The translations under genes and the position numbers were made by a program. The notes beneath the pieces are model-generated. The model did not search any database, had not been told where the DNA came from, and worked only from the letters and a program-made list of their open reading frames with translations. A DNA stretch of 64,000 nt from Octopus sinensis (taxonomy: Eukaryota): positions 132,246,001-132,310,000 of the forward strand of contig NC_042998.1 of the NCBI RefSeq assembly GCF_006345805.1. Reading direction: 5' to 3'. Below are positions 26,720 through 40,423 of this stretch, one piece after another. How positions within the stretch are numbered: the stretch's first letter is position 1; the number at the start of each line of letters is the position of its first letter.

Positions 26720-27150
26720 TCATCATCTCATTTAGCGTCTGTTGTCCATGCTGGCATGGTTTGTTTGACCAAGGCTGGCAAGCCTGGAAGGCTGCACCAG
26801 ACTCCAGTCTGGTTTGGCATTGTTTCTACAGCTGGATGCCCTCCCTAACACCTACCACTCTGAGAGTGTAGTGGGTGCTTTTACGCATCACTGGCACAGG
26901 TGCCATTTGTGTGACACCAGTATCTGTCACAACTGCAATTTTACACGGCTTGATGGGTCTTCTTCTGAAGCATGACATAATGCCAAACGTCTCGGTCATT
27001 GCCTCCGTGAGGCCCAACACTTGAAAGGAGCTTTTCAGGTGCCACTGGCGTCAGCCACTTTGCTTCCCTGAGGCCCAACGCTGAAAAGGTGCTTTTTACA
27101 TGACACCAGCATCAGCCACACCTACAATTTCACTTGCCTTGATGGGTCTT
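26720..27150 (-). mobile_element. RTE-type LINE 3' end (ORF2 C-terminus, 3' UTR, (GAT)n tail)
   Basis: Minus strand encodes VLGLTEAMT.. and, after a frameshift, WHYVMLQKKTHQAV*, resembling the RTE ORF2 terminus. It continues into the AAAAGCACCCACTACACTCTCAGAGTGG...CCAGCTGTAGAAAC tail family and a GAT-rich tail at ~26720-26730. Confidence 0.7.
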
Positions 27151-27419
27151 CATACATACATATATATATTTTATGTATATACATATATTTTTTTTAAAGG
27201 TAAAATCTGATTAAGTGAATAATTTGGGATTCAGTTTCTATATTGAATAGCTTCAGTTTATTTAATTATTCTGTTGAAAGCCCAGGCCTAGCTGTATGGT
27301 AGGAAGCTTGCTTCCCAACCACATCATTCTGGGTTCAGTCCCACTGTGCAACATCTTTGTTTGATTTGGGCTGACCAAGGCTTTGTACATGGATATGGTA
27401 GACAGAAATTGAAAGAAGC

Positions 27420-28270
27420 TTCTCATAAAAAGCACCAACCGATCGTGGCCGATGCCAGACCCCTCTGGCACCTGTGCAGGTGGCACGTAAAAAGCACCCA
27501 CTACACTCGCGGAGTGGTTGGCGTTAGGAAGGGCATCCAGCTGTAGAAACACTGCCAGATCAGACTGGAGCCTGGAGCAGCCCCTGGCTCCGCAGACCCC
27601 GGTCGAACCGTCCAACCCATGCTAGCGCGGAAAACGGACGTTAAACGATGATGATGATAAGTAACTTACTATAAATAAGACCAAGGGTACAATGCGTTCT
27701 ACTAAAAACTGTATAGTAAATGCACGAACAAATGGAAAACAGTCACAGACACAGAAGGTCCCCAACTCCTCACCAATTTCTGGCCAGAGGGTCAAATGTA
27801 ATTTTGTGCTTTTAACAATAATATTGCTTCCCTTCTGGTAGCAACTAGCAAGAGCTTCTGGAAAAATGGGTCTGAAATATAACAGAACAAGAACAGACAA
27901 ATAATAAACGGAAGTGGACATACAAAAGTGTTGAGGAGATCCCTGCTGTGCTTCAGGAGACCTATTGAGTCCAGTACATCAACATCAAGATAAAAATCAA
28001 ATGGAAATTGTAGTTGTGATACCTGTGCTGGTGGCACATAAAAAGCACCAACTGATCGTAGCCGTTGCCAGCCTCTCCTGATACCTGTGCTGGTGGCACA
28101 TAAAAAGCACCCACTACATTCACGGAGTGGTTGGCATTAGGAAGGGCATCCAGCTGTAGAAACACTGCCAGATCAAGATTGGAGCTTGGTGCAGCCTCCT
28201 GGCTTCCCAGACCCCAGTCGAACCATCCAACCCATGCTAGTATGGAAAACAGACATTAAACGATGATAAT
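27420..28270 (+). mobile_element. Two head-to-tail RTE-tail copies (27420-27660, relatively CpG-intact, and ~27945-28270)
   Basis: Both contain AAAAGCACCCACTACA..GGAGTGGTTGGC..GGAAGGGCATCCAGCTGTAGAAACACTGCCAGATCA..GACCCC(G/A)GTCGAACC and end in GAT repeats. Confidence 0.85.
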
Positions 28271-30007
28271 ATATATATATATTATTTAATAGCAATATTT
28301 CTGTTCAAAATTTTAGTCATGTCCATTATGTTGGAAGTTCAAGTGCTATTAGTGTTTGGGTTTGCTTTACACTTTTTCAGGATTGTTTTCGTAAAATATA
28401 GTATGTAGCGATTTAGCGATGATGATCCTCTGTTAGAAATGGCAGTGTTGGAAAACCTTACATTACAATATTAAGTTTAACCTCTTGATAAATCTGAATA
28501 CAAACACTGCTGTAGTTGACTTCACTTTCCATACTTACAGAGTTAATTGTAAAAAAAAAAATACAAAAAAGCAAAATTAATTATTGGAGTTGATTTTAAT
28601 CTAGTGCAGAGCCCCATATCTAACTCGGTGAATTATCTAAAAAAGGGAATTAAATATTGGGGTGAAATCACTGTTGAACCTGCATCTGTTAATGTGTGGA
28701 AATCTAAATTTCAAATCTTTGAATAATAAAGGTACAGGCATGGCCATGTGATTAAAATCCTGTTTTACAACCACATGGTTTCAGGTTCAGTCCCACTGCA
28801 CAGCACCTGGACCAAGTGTCTTCTAAATATAGTCCCAGGTTGACCGATGTCATATGAAGTTGTGAGTGAGTTTGGTAGGCAGAAACTGTGTGGAAGCCTA
28901 CACATGTATGTGTGTATTTATTTCATCGTTTAATATCTGTCTTCCATGTTGGCATAGCTTTAACTGTTTGACAGTAACTGGCAAGCTAAGGAACTACTCA
29001 CGGTTCTGTTGTCTATAGTATGGTTTCTGTGACTGAATACCCTTTCTTATACCAACCACTTTGCTGAGTGTACTTGGTGCTTTTTATGTGGCACTAGCAC
29101 TGCTGGTGGTGGTGGTGGTGGCGGCAGTGGCGGTGGTGCGTGTTTGTCCCCCACCACCTCACCATCCTACTACCTACTGGCGTTGGTTTACTTCTCCATA
29201 ACTTAGTAGTTTAGCAAAAGAGTCTGACTGAATAAGTGGCAAACTTAAAAATAAAGTACCCAGGTTGATTTATTTGACTAAACTCTTCGAGACAATGCCT
29301 TAGCATGGCCACGATCTAACAACTCAAACAGGGAAAAGGTAAATGGTAAGAGATACTCTACTGTTCTTGCCACACCAGCCCTTTTTATCTGCAGGCCATT
29401 ATTCACAGCATTCATCTATTAAGAGAATAATAGAATTAAAAAAAAAACAGATGGCAAAGAGAAAGCAAAGGATATATTATATTTGGTCAACTATGATCAA
29501 ATGATGTGATGAAATTTGATTGGTGGGTGATGGTCACATGGCATTACTTTTGATTACAATTATCATCATAAAGATAGGGAAATGTTTTTTTTTTTGTTAA
29601 AGACGAAAGGAGTATTTAAAAAAACTAACTTTATTTAAAATGTAAAAAAAAAAAAAGAATTAAATAAATCTTTTAATTCACTTAATTTCCCCTTGCATCG
29701 CTTATTATCCATTTCATTACTTAAAAGAATTATTGATATTTCCATTATTTCAAGAATTAATCAAGATTTTTAAAATATTAATTATTTGTTCACATCTTAA
29801 GAATTCATTAGCAAACATTTGCTAAAAGTAGAGCAAAAAACTCCAAGCTTTCTTCTTTTCTGTTGCTGCACTTGAGTTAAAAGAGAATTTACAAAGTGAA
29901 TTTATTTGTGTGATTTGTATGTAGGTGAATCTTTTTATGTGTGCATAGACACAAACACATACATACATAAGCATGTATATATACACATGTGAGCACACAC
30001 ACACATT

Positions 30008-30046
<39 letters not shown>

Positions 30047-30440
30047 GAAGAGAGGGACTTAAATGATGCAAATAAACAAATAAAGCTGTCTTGGATGGAT
30101 GTATAAAAAATATATATATATATAAACACATATGCATGTAGAGAGAAACAAGAACTGAATATATTCAGATGATGAATCTCGTCTGTTGATTTTATATATA
30201 TATTTATTCTCAATATAAAATAGTGTACATTTAAACACCAGAGAAAACTACCTTTAACAGGTAATTTTTACATGCTAGAAGAAGCAGTCAAAACGAGCAA
30301 AACCTCATTTAAGAGCAATTTAAAAGCAGTTTAAACGTACACTATTTTATATTAAGAAAATGTTGTCTATTGACTTTTTTTATACATGCTAGGCCACCGG
30401 TAGTGAAATTTCTAAAAATATTTGCCACTCTTTATAATTT

Positions 30441-30508
<68 letters not shown>

Positions 30509-30739
30509 TATATAGTTTGTGTGTGTATATGTATATATTCATACACACACATACGTGTGTGTTCCTTATAAATTAGTTGTGAAGTTTTCACTTTTATAAA
30601 ATAGTACAACTGATAATTATGTTGGTACCAACTCCACTGAAAACGGACCACCCAACAAAAGTTGCTAAAATGTTACTTTTATTATTATTTTTGATGTTGT
30701 TATTTTGACAACAGATTTGTAAATTCTTTAGACCTACTT

Positions 30740-30977
30740 GCGCTATTTGTTCTGGTTGACTTTGCCTTTCATCCTTTCAAATTGAACACTAGGGTCAATA
30801 TAAGTGGTATTTCGTCTGTCTTTATGTTCTGGGTTCAAATTCTGCTGAGGTCAACTTTGCCTTTCATCCTTTCAGGTCGATAAATTTCGGGCCTTGTGCC
30901 TAGAGTAGAAAAGAATATAAGTGGCCTCTCTCCTTCCCCAATTTTTTCAGATCTTGTACCTAAACTAGGAACCATTA

Positions 30978-31012
<35 letters not shown>

Positions 31013-31587
31013 GAGTGAGAGAGCAGTGCATTCCATCAAAGTGACACTGGGGTAAAATATATGAAGAGTAGTATATCCATCATGACTACCCTTCTGATAA
31101 GGGTACACCAGGCACATGCATCACAACCATGTGCGCAATATGTTGATCTTACATCAAGATAAACAGCGCATGACTTTGCAGGTGGGGGCCTAGTTAGAAT
31201 TTTCTTCTGCTCAAGTCGCCAAACCTGCTCAAAAGGTCTCTGAATAAGGATTGTTTAAGGATGATGAATGAAACACCTATGTTTCCAGAGGTGAATTATT
31301 CAAACCCTAAAGAATTCCTCTTGATCCATGGCTATGATGCTCCCCTACCACTTCTGCTCGTAATCAGAGATGCACATATCGTCAGCCACCAAGGGACATG
31401 CTCGACTGATTAAAGTAAAACAACTGACAAGCAAATCTGTGGTATTGAGCAGAATATTTGCTGTAGCCCATCTTTTATACCAAGACAAAACAATGTACAT
31501 GATAACACTTTCTAGTCAGTTATGGTCAGAAGCCATGAGAGCCACTGCCTAGTACTGCATCAGGGCATAACCACTGTCTGATACTGC

Positions 31588-31620
<33 letters not shown>

Positions 31621-32228
31621 GGTGGTGAGCTGGCAGTGGAATTGTTATCATACCAGGCTAAATGTTGAGCAGCAGTTCATCCTGTCTGCAAGTTCAAATT
31701 CCACTGAGGTCGACTTTGCCTTTCATCCTTTCAGAGTCGATAAATTAATACCAGTTGAATATTGGGGTCAATGTAATCGACTAGTCCCCTCCCCCAAAAT
31801 GGCTGCCCTGTGGCAAAATTTGAAACCATTATTATTATTGTTGTTGTTTTTAATAATAAAAGTTAATATTTCTAATTATTATTAAGGGAGTGAGCTGGCA
31901 GCAGTATCATTAGCACGCCAGGCAAAATACTTGGTGGCATTTCATCCCATCTGCACATTCTGAGCTCAAATTCTGCCAAGGTTGACTTTACCTTTCATCC
32001 TTTTGGAGTCAATAAATTAAGTACTAGCTGTGTACTGGGGTCGATGAAATTGCTGACCTTGTGCCTTTAGTGAAAAGGATTATTACTGTTGTTGTTGAGC
32101 TGGCAGAATCCTTAGTGTGTAAGAAACAAGTACTTAGTGGCATTTCTTACAGCTCTTTACATTCCGAGTTCAAACCCTACCAAAGTCAACTTTACCTTTC
32201 ATCCCTCTCGAGTCAATAAAAATAAGTA
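30740..32228 (+). mobile_element. Cluster of at least four same-orientation copies of the GGCGAGCTGGCAG-type SINE
   Basis: Recurring GAGTTCAAATT..GAGGT(C/T)GACTTT(G/A)CCTTTCATCC at ~30830, ~31690, ~31965 and ~32165, separated by (TTA)n/(TTG)n tails. Confidence 0.8.
30975..31415 (-). mobile_element. Retroposon 3' end with an (AAT)n tail
   Basis: (TTA)n run 30974-31011 abuts GAGTGAGAGAGCAGTGCATTCCATCAAAGTGACACTGGGG; the ~400 bp complex body is unrelated to the flanking SINEs. Confidence 0.5.
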
Positions 32229-32840
32229 TAGTAATACCTGACTTTATGGGGACCTGCTTTACAAGACCCCAGATATAGAAGTTTTATTTTATAATAAATA
32301 TAAAAGGTTAAACAGCCATTTTGTGGATAAAGCCTTGGAAATTTTCGAAGCACAAGATCCAAATTTTGAACAAAGTGCAAAAGTTTCTACTACCATAACG
32401 AATGCTTCTGCATGTTTGCAAGAAATTTATTAAGAGTGAAAACAAGCTTCTTCTAGGCAAACAACTCTAGACTTGTTTTTTAAAAGGAAATCTACAAGTC
32501 CATCTACAGGTGCTTGTGAATCGGAGACTGTGTCTACAAGTGATGATATGCATGAGTCTAGTGCAGATGAAAATTCAGAAAGCGATTATAACAACATTTT
32601 TTTATTATAAATGATCTTGACATTCTTTTTACTTTAATTAAAATATTCTTTCACATTCTACTGTTGTTTTATTGCCATTTATTTATGAATTAAAAAAATT
32701 TTTATTGGTAAAATATTTTTCTGAACGGATTATGGTTTATGACATTGTTACTATGGGAAATTATTGCTGTGCTTAACGAATTGTTGCTTTACGAGCAGAC
32801 TCCAGGAACAAATTGACTTGTATATCGAGGCATTATTGTA
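32229..32840 (+). mobile_element. Internally deleted Tigger/pogo-type DNA transposon with a decayed transposase C-terminus
   Basis: Frame 32302-32610 reads KRLNSHFVDKALEIFEAQDPNFEQSAKVSTTITNASACLQEIY*E*KQASSRQTTLDLFFKRKSTSPS..., matching the DPN-x-ERS...QTTLD-x-FF C-terminal signature of Tigger transposases. Ends are imperfect TIRs: TAGTAATACCTGACTT (left) and GACTTGTATATCGAGGCATTATTGTA (right). Confidence 0.75.
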
Positions 32841-33144
32841 TTAGTTGAACACTGGGCTTGCTGTCACTGACTATCCCTTCACTGCACCCCACTCTAAATT
32901 GTGATTCTTGTACCAAAATTTGAAGCCATTGTTTATTATAAGGCAGAATCATACAAAATGCTTTGTCTTTCTTCTCTCTGTGGTTGATAAGATGATATAC
33001 CAGTTACATACAGGGGCTTAGTGTATAACTGACTAACCCATTTCACTCCAAATTTCAGGTCTTGTGTTTATGCTAGAAACAGTTATTGTCTTCACTTTCA
33101 ATGTTTCAAGTAGAATGGACACATCACACAGACACGCACGTACG

Positions 33145-33216
<72 letters not shown>

Positions 33217-33319
33217 ACATACATACATATGCTTTTTCTTTCCTTCTATCCATATGCTCTGAAGCACAAATGGAATCATAGGGTTACTTGTCAGGGTGCA
33301 TATATATATATATATATAT

Positions 33320-33527
33320 ACTCTTTTACTTGTTTCAGTCATTTGACTGCAGCCATGTTGGAGCACCACCTTTGGTCGAGGAAAACGACCCCGAGACTTA
33401 TTCTTTGTAAGCCCAGTACTTATTCTATTGGTCTCTTTTGCCGAACCGCTAAGTGACGGGGATGTAAACACACCAGCATCGGTTGTCAAGCAATGCTAGG
33501 GGGACAAACACACACACACACACACAC

Positions 33528-33559
<32 letters not shown>

Positions 33560-33722
33560 CACGACAGGCTTCTTTCAGTTTCCATCTACCAAATCCACTC
33601 ACAAGGCATTGGTCGGCCCGGGGCTATAGCAGAAAACACTTGCCCAAGATGCCATGCAGTGGGACTGAACCCGGAACCATGTGGTTGGTTAGCAAGCTAC
33701 TTACCACACAGCCACTCCTACA
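33320..33722 (-). mobile_element. Full-length tRNA-headed SINE with a CORE-like segment and an internal (CA)/(TA) microsatellite
   Basis: Minus-strand head AGGAGTGGCTGTGTGGTAAG..GGTTCAGTCCC (A/B-box-like), CTTGGGCAAGTGTT (CORE-like), internal microsatellite, and a 3' half ending ACTGAAACAAGTAAAAGAGTA. Resembles the octopus OR-type SINEs (inference). Confidence 0.85.
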
Positions 33723-34379
33723 CATGCTCAGTTGCATACATTATGTGAAAATGTGTGTGTTTGTGTGTGTATATATATATATATATATAGTTTTGTTCCA
33801 GCCTTTGTTAAAATTCATGTTCCTTGTGTGCATGTGTGTGAATTACATTTATCCATTAACACACGCATTGGGTGTGGCCTGCCTAAGACCATATATACCA
33901 AAGCTGTGAAACATGTCTGATGAAGAATGCAGACACGACCAATCACTGGCAAAAGGAAATACATTGGTTTGAATAAGAGAAATCTGGTGGAGAGTCTTCT
34001 TTTGTCACTGCCATACCCATCCTTGGCATTGGACGAATTAAGAATAAATGGCTGGCTCGAAAACATTTGCACAACCTATTACGTATTATCTAGACAGGCT
34101 TTCTTTTTCATTGTCTTCTTTCCTTATTATTTCACTTAGAGAGGTTTAAGAGGGGACAGGGGACATTTTATGATATCCATTTTCTTGAAGCATCGCCGTG
34201 GTTGGCTGGTTAGTTTGTGAGTGGAGTTAGAATGTTGCATTTCTAATGGTGGTTGAAGAAGGCTTCCTTGGCACACTGCTTGATTATTCATGGAATCTCA
34301 GGACAGCATAATATATTTCATGCCTGGTGTCATGTTCTCTCCTTCTCTTTCCACCTCTCTCACTCACTCCCTCTCTCTC

Positions 34380-34422
<43 letters not shown>

Positions 34423-34441
34423 TATATATATATTATATATA

Positions 34442-34483
<42 letters not shown>

Positions 34484-36083
34484 TATATATATATATATAC
34501 ACATACATGCATACACACATGCACCCCTCCCCGTGTCTCTTTGCTTCTCAAGTGCTGGTCTTTTGTAATGTCCCCCCCCCCATCGGCTGTTGCTGTTATT
34601 GTCACAATTCACTAAAGAAGTGATCTATTGCTGTCATCATCATCATCATCATCATCATCAACATCTACATCATCATTAGAAGTGTCATAATTAGTACCTT
34701 TTTGGATTGTTGCCTAACTCTTATTGGCAAGGTCTGCCAATCCTGTTGATGGAAGAGAGGAAAAGAGAGAGAGAGAGAGAGGTGTGGGGGTGTGGCTTGA
34801 CTTTGTTGGTTTCAAATCCATAGTATTCCCTCCTCTTTACACGCTTTTGTCAAAACAAGGCAAAAAAAAAAACAAGAAAAGAATGAGTGCCACTCCACCC
34901 CACCCCCACCCTAACCACCATCCCTGATCAGAGTTTATCAGTAAATGTTAACATTCTCTGCCTTTTATTCAATGACAACCCTGCCCCAGGGTAAAAAGTA
35001 AACACAGAAGACCACCTATGCCCTTGAAAAAACAAACAAAAATTGCCCTACAACAATGGTCTGTCTAGGTGGTTGGTTGGTTGGTTGAGTGGTTGGGGTG
35101 GAAATCCAAATTTTATATTTGTTCATTTGTCTGCTAGATTGGTGGTGGTGGCAGTGGTGGTGATAGTGGTGGGTTTCCCTAGGGCTTCTGAAAGAACAAG
35201 AAAGGGCAGTGGCAATGGTGACAAAGGTGGCAGCGATGGTGAGGATGGTGGTTGAGCTGTTGACATTGGCTTTAGATTATTTGTTGAGCTTCAGGGCCTG
35301 GCTATTATTTACTGATTTGTGATTCTGAAGTCAAGTGACATCATCTCCTCCTCCTCTCTTTTTCCCAGTCTCTATCTCTCCCTCTTCTGCACATTTCTTC
35401 ATTTCTCTCTTTTTGTGTTCTATAGCTCTCCTCTTTCCATGTATGCGCGTGTGCGTGTGTGTGCGTGTGCATGTGTGTGTGTGTGTGTATTTCTCTCTCT
35501 TTTCTACATCGCCTTTTCCTTCCTTCTCCTCTTTTCCTGCTACTTTTCTCATCTTATTCTTCATCTCTAAGATTTCTTCTTCTTCTTATTCTTCCCTCTG
35601 TAATCGTTTCTATTCTCTTCATCTCTTAATTGTTTCTTCTTCTCTAATTGGTTCTTCCTTCTGTAATTGATCCGACTCCTCCTAATATTCCTTCCACATA
35701 CATCCTTATTCTCTCTCCTTCTCTTTCTTAAGACTTCTTGCTTTTTTCCTCTTCCTCTTCTTCTCTTCCTCCTTCATGACCATCATCATTATCATCACCA
35801 TAATCATTGTCATCATTTCCCTATCTCTTGAACCACTGGCATATCACCGCCTCCTCCTCCATCCTCTCCTCTCTTCCTGTTTTCTCATGTTACAGAAATG
35901 ATTGATTGCCCCTTCTGCTCTTCCTGTACACTTCTGTTTTCTTCACTGCTCTTTTCTCTGGGTCTTTGCATCTCCACCACCCTCATGTCAAAAAAATAGA
36001 AAAAACCCCAATGAAATATAGCTGGGCACTCTCTCTTTCTATCTCCCTACATCTCCCCCCCATGCACAAACATACACAAATAA

Positions 36084-36121
<38 letters not shown>

Positions 36122-36134
36122 TATACACATACCT

Positions 36135-36320
36135 ACATACATTATATATATATATATATATTATATGTTTATATATTTAAATATAATCATATATCTATCT
36201 ATATATATATATGTATGTATATTTATATGTACATATATATATATATATATATATTATATGTTTATATATTTAAATATAATCATATATCTATCTATATATA
36301 TATATGTATGTATATTTATA

Positions 36321-36345
<25 letters not shown>
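36135..36345. repeat. ~95 bp AT-rich tandem duplication
   Basis: TATTATATGTTTATATATTTAAATATAATCATATATCTATCTATATATATATATGTATGTATATTTATATGTACATATA occurs twice. Confidence 0.85.
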
Positions 36346-36358
<13 letters not shown>

Positions 36359-37054
36359 AGTCAATCTCTCTCTCTCTCTCTCACAGACACACACACACAA
36401 CTAAACTAGGAGGTAGACCCTTCCTTAAATATTTTGTGCTGGAGTGAGAGACCCCTACTTGTGTCCCCCCCCCACTGCCCTCCATGAGATTATCAAAAGC
36501 TGGTCATTAATGACAATGTCATTACCCATTGTTCCCAGATAATAATAGCAGCATAATAGAAGGGATTAAGTTTCTAACACCAACCACTAACACTACCACC
36601 ACCACCACCACCAACACTGACTACCACAAGAGCAACGACAACAACACTATCTCTACCTCCACCCATTTCTAACTCACCACCACCCACCAATACTGTCACC
36701 ACTGCCACTACATCTTGGCCCTCTCTAGTTGTGAGGGAGCTGTGTGATGGATGTGGGGGGGGGCACGATTTGGTTATGGTGCTTGGAGGAGAATCTGGTA
36801 TTTTTTTTTTAATTAATTTTCCTTTTTTTTTTCTGTTTCTTTTTTTTCCTTCACTATTTTATTCATTCATTTTGATTAAAACCTTATGTGGAGAGAAGGA
36901 GAGAAAGTGGCGGTGGGGGTGGGGGATTGGTGGTGGGGGTGGCTGAAGGAAAAAGAAAAGCAAGAAGCATAAGTGTGTGAGAAGTAATTTATGTACACAC
37001 ACTTACACACACATAACCATATGTGTGTGTGTATTATATACATATGTGTGTGTC

Positions 37055-37104
<50 letters not shown>

Positions 37105-37287
37105 CATGTGTGTGTGTGTATGTATGTGTATATATGTGTGTGTGTGTATATATATATATATACACATGTATATGTATGTGTGTATATATGTGCATGTGTG
37201 TGTGTACATATATATATATACATACGTATAAACGTACATACAAATATATATGTGTGTGTGTGTGTATATATGTATATCAATTTGTGA

Positions 37288-37325
<38 letters not shown>

Positions 37326-39316
37326 CACACACATATATAACTTCTTAGTATCTGAGTATGTAGTATGTGGTTGACACTTCAATGTAGAGAGTTTAGCAGT
37401 GTGATGGTAATAAGCTGTCAGAAAAAGAAAGATGGATGAATGAATGAATGCAGGGGTAAGGCAGGTGGTGGTGGTGGTATTGTGCAAGCAAATCAGTTTA
37501 TTTAGTTTTTAACCCTTGCTCCACCAACCGGTCTTGTATTACTTTGGGGTGGTGTATGTAGTGTGCAATTGTGTGGTGTTAATATGTTTACAGTGAGGTG
37601 ATGTGATGCGCTGTGGTATATGCGCTGTGGTTTACAAGGTGTGGTGTGAGAGTTGGGGAAGGAAGTGGCATTGGTGGTGGTGGTGGTGGTGGTGGTGGCT
37701 GGTTTGGTTGCATGTCTTGGAGTGGCTTACAAAATGGGATCCCACTTAAAATGAGGTTCATTATTCAGTAAATAATAATAGTGGACCCTGGTGAAGTGAA
37801 GTGTCAGTTATGAATGGGGTGGTGGTGGTTACATCTTTGTGGAGAGAGAAACGGAAATCAAATGCCTTTCTCTGTGTTTGTTTAGATTCACATCTCTCCT
37901 CCTCCTCCTCTTTCATTGGCTCCCATTCCAAGTTCACATGCCACCAGGGTGATTTGTATTCATCCTCACCTTTGGGGTTGTTGGTGTAATGAACTTACAC
38001 TATTAGCAATATGTTACATCAGATTAGAGAATAATTAAAGCCACTTGCCGATCCCCACCACCCACTGGACCTCTTCTTGCTAGAATGTTCTGGTCATGCA
38101 TTTATTTACCAGCCAACTGGGTGAAATTGTTTATGTAGTTAATAGATAACTAAAGTTACTGCTATTATTAGACTGGGTCCATGCTGGGCCACCACCTTGA
38201 AGGGGGCGGGTTTTAGTTGAACAAATCAAACTCCAGTATTTATTTTCTTAATGACTGATACTAATTCTCTACCAGTGACTTTTTTGCCAAACCAAAGTAA
38301 GCTGTTGGGACATAAACAACCAACACTGGTTATCAAGTGGTGACATGGAACAGACACAAATATATACAAACACACACACACACACACACATACACATGTA
38401 TTACATGCATACATGTATGACAATCTTCTTTCAGTTTCCATCTACCAAATCCACTTAAAAGGCTTTGGGTTGCTCAGGGCTATAGTGGAAACACTCACCC
38501 AGGATGCCATACATCATTTACACACACATGTACATATATGCTGGTGGCATGTAAAAAGCACCCACTACACTCTCGGAGTGGTTGGCATTAGAAACGTTGT
38601 CAGATCAGATTGGAGCCTGGTACAGCCTCCTGGCTTGCCAGTCCTCAGTGAAACTGTCCAACCCATGCCAACATGGAAAGCGGATGTTAAACAATTATGA
38701 TGCTGAGATATATAGGTTTGATGGTGACTCAAGAATATCATGGGATGATCGAGGAAGTTGCTTCTCACATTGATCAGTTTATGAATTACTTATCAGCAAG
38801 CCAATGAAGAAGCTATTGTAGAAGGGATGGGCAATTGTTTTTGAGAAATGGGGCCCACATGAGACATAGGTCATTATCTGGTGGGTTACACTAGTTGAAA
38901 AATTCTGGCAGTTTGTTGTGCTTAAAAAGATACGTCAAATTAAGTGAAATTGTGGACGTGACACATAAAAGGCACCCATGCGGGTGATATGTAAAAGGCA
39001 CCCAATACACTCTGCAGAGTGGTTGGTGTTAAGAGAGGCATTCAGTTGTAGAAACCAAGCTAAAACAGGTGATTGGAGCCTGATGCAGTTTTCCAGCTTG
39101 TCAGCTCCAGGCAAACCTTTTAACCTATACAGGCATGGAAAATGGATGTTAAATGATGATGATGATGAGGTATGTTTTGCATTAGAAATGCCATTCAGGA
39201 AGTCCTGTGTGCCACAGGTTGCCTATGGCTCTTCTACACAATGGGATTGACCTCCGAGAAAAGTAACTAAATTAACCTTCCACACGTGCGCACACACATA
39301 CACACACACACACGAA

Positions 39317-39348
<32 letters not shown>

Positions 39349-40203
39349 GACACATTTTTACATCCACCTTGTTGTCTTTAAAATGAAGTCACATTAGTGA
39401 GTATATATAAGTATATTTGATCCTAGATATACAAAAACTAAAGATGGGTGGTCACAGCAGGAATGCTTTTCATTCTAGATCTCATTGATCAGAGACAACC
39501 TAGGTCTAAACAACAACAGTAACAAGAACTACAACCACATCTAATTGAAGTGAAGGTGAGAGCATGATAACATTTCAATGGCTTTAACAGAATTTGAATT
39601 CCACCTGGTAGCAGTCACCTGTTGAGCTTGCTTTTAATAGAAGTACCACCACCACCAGCTGCTCTCTTACTCTAATTCTCTATTATTCATTTTATGTTTA
39701 ATTAATTTATTTTATTTATTTATTTATGTATTTATTTATTTATTTCACTTGGTAAAATTCTTTTATGCATTTTATTGGATTATTTTATTTAATTTTAAAA
39801 CTATGATTTATTCATTTAATCCTTTTATGTTTTATATCATGAAAAGTGACAAGTTAATTAAGGTTATGTCTATTATTAGACATAAAATTGTGTTATGTAA
39901 TATAATTTTGGGATGTGTGTGTGTGTGTGTGTGATCATCGTCATCATCATTTAACGTCCACTTTTCCATACTTGCAAGGGTTGGGCTGAGTTTTATCGAG
40001 GCATATTTCCTATGGCCACATGTTCTTTTTTTTTTTTTTGTTACCGACTCTCACCTGTTTCCTAACAAGGTAATATTTCCCCCATGGTCAGACATGCTCT
40101 TGCAGAATATCGGAGAGGAATGACACCGCTTGTATGATGGTGACACTCATTTGCAACTATCACACAGTGTTATGAGGAGGAGGCACAAACACTTGCACAT
40201 TCT

Positions 40204-40246
<43 letters not shown>

Positions 40247-40423
40247 ATATATGATAGACTTCTTTGATTTCTGTCTACCAAATCCACTCACAAGGCTTTG
40301 GTCAGCCTGAGGCTATAGTAGAAGACACTTACCCAAGGTGACATGCAGTGGGACTGAACCCAGAACCACTTACTACACAGCCACTCCTGTGCCTGTTAGA
40401 TACTTGGTTTGAAACTTCCCTTT

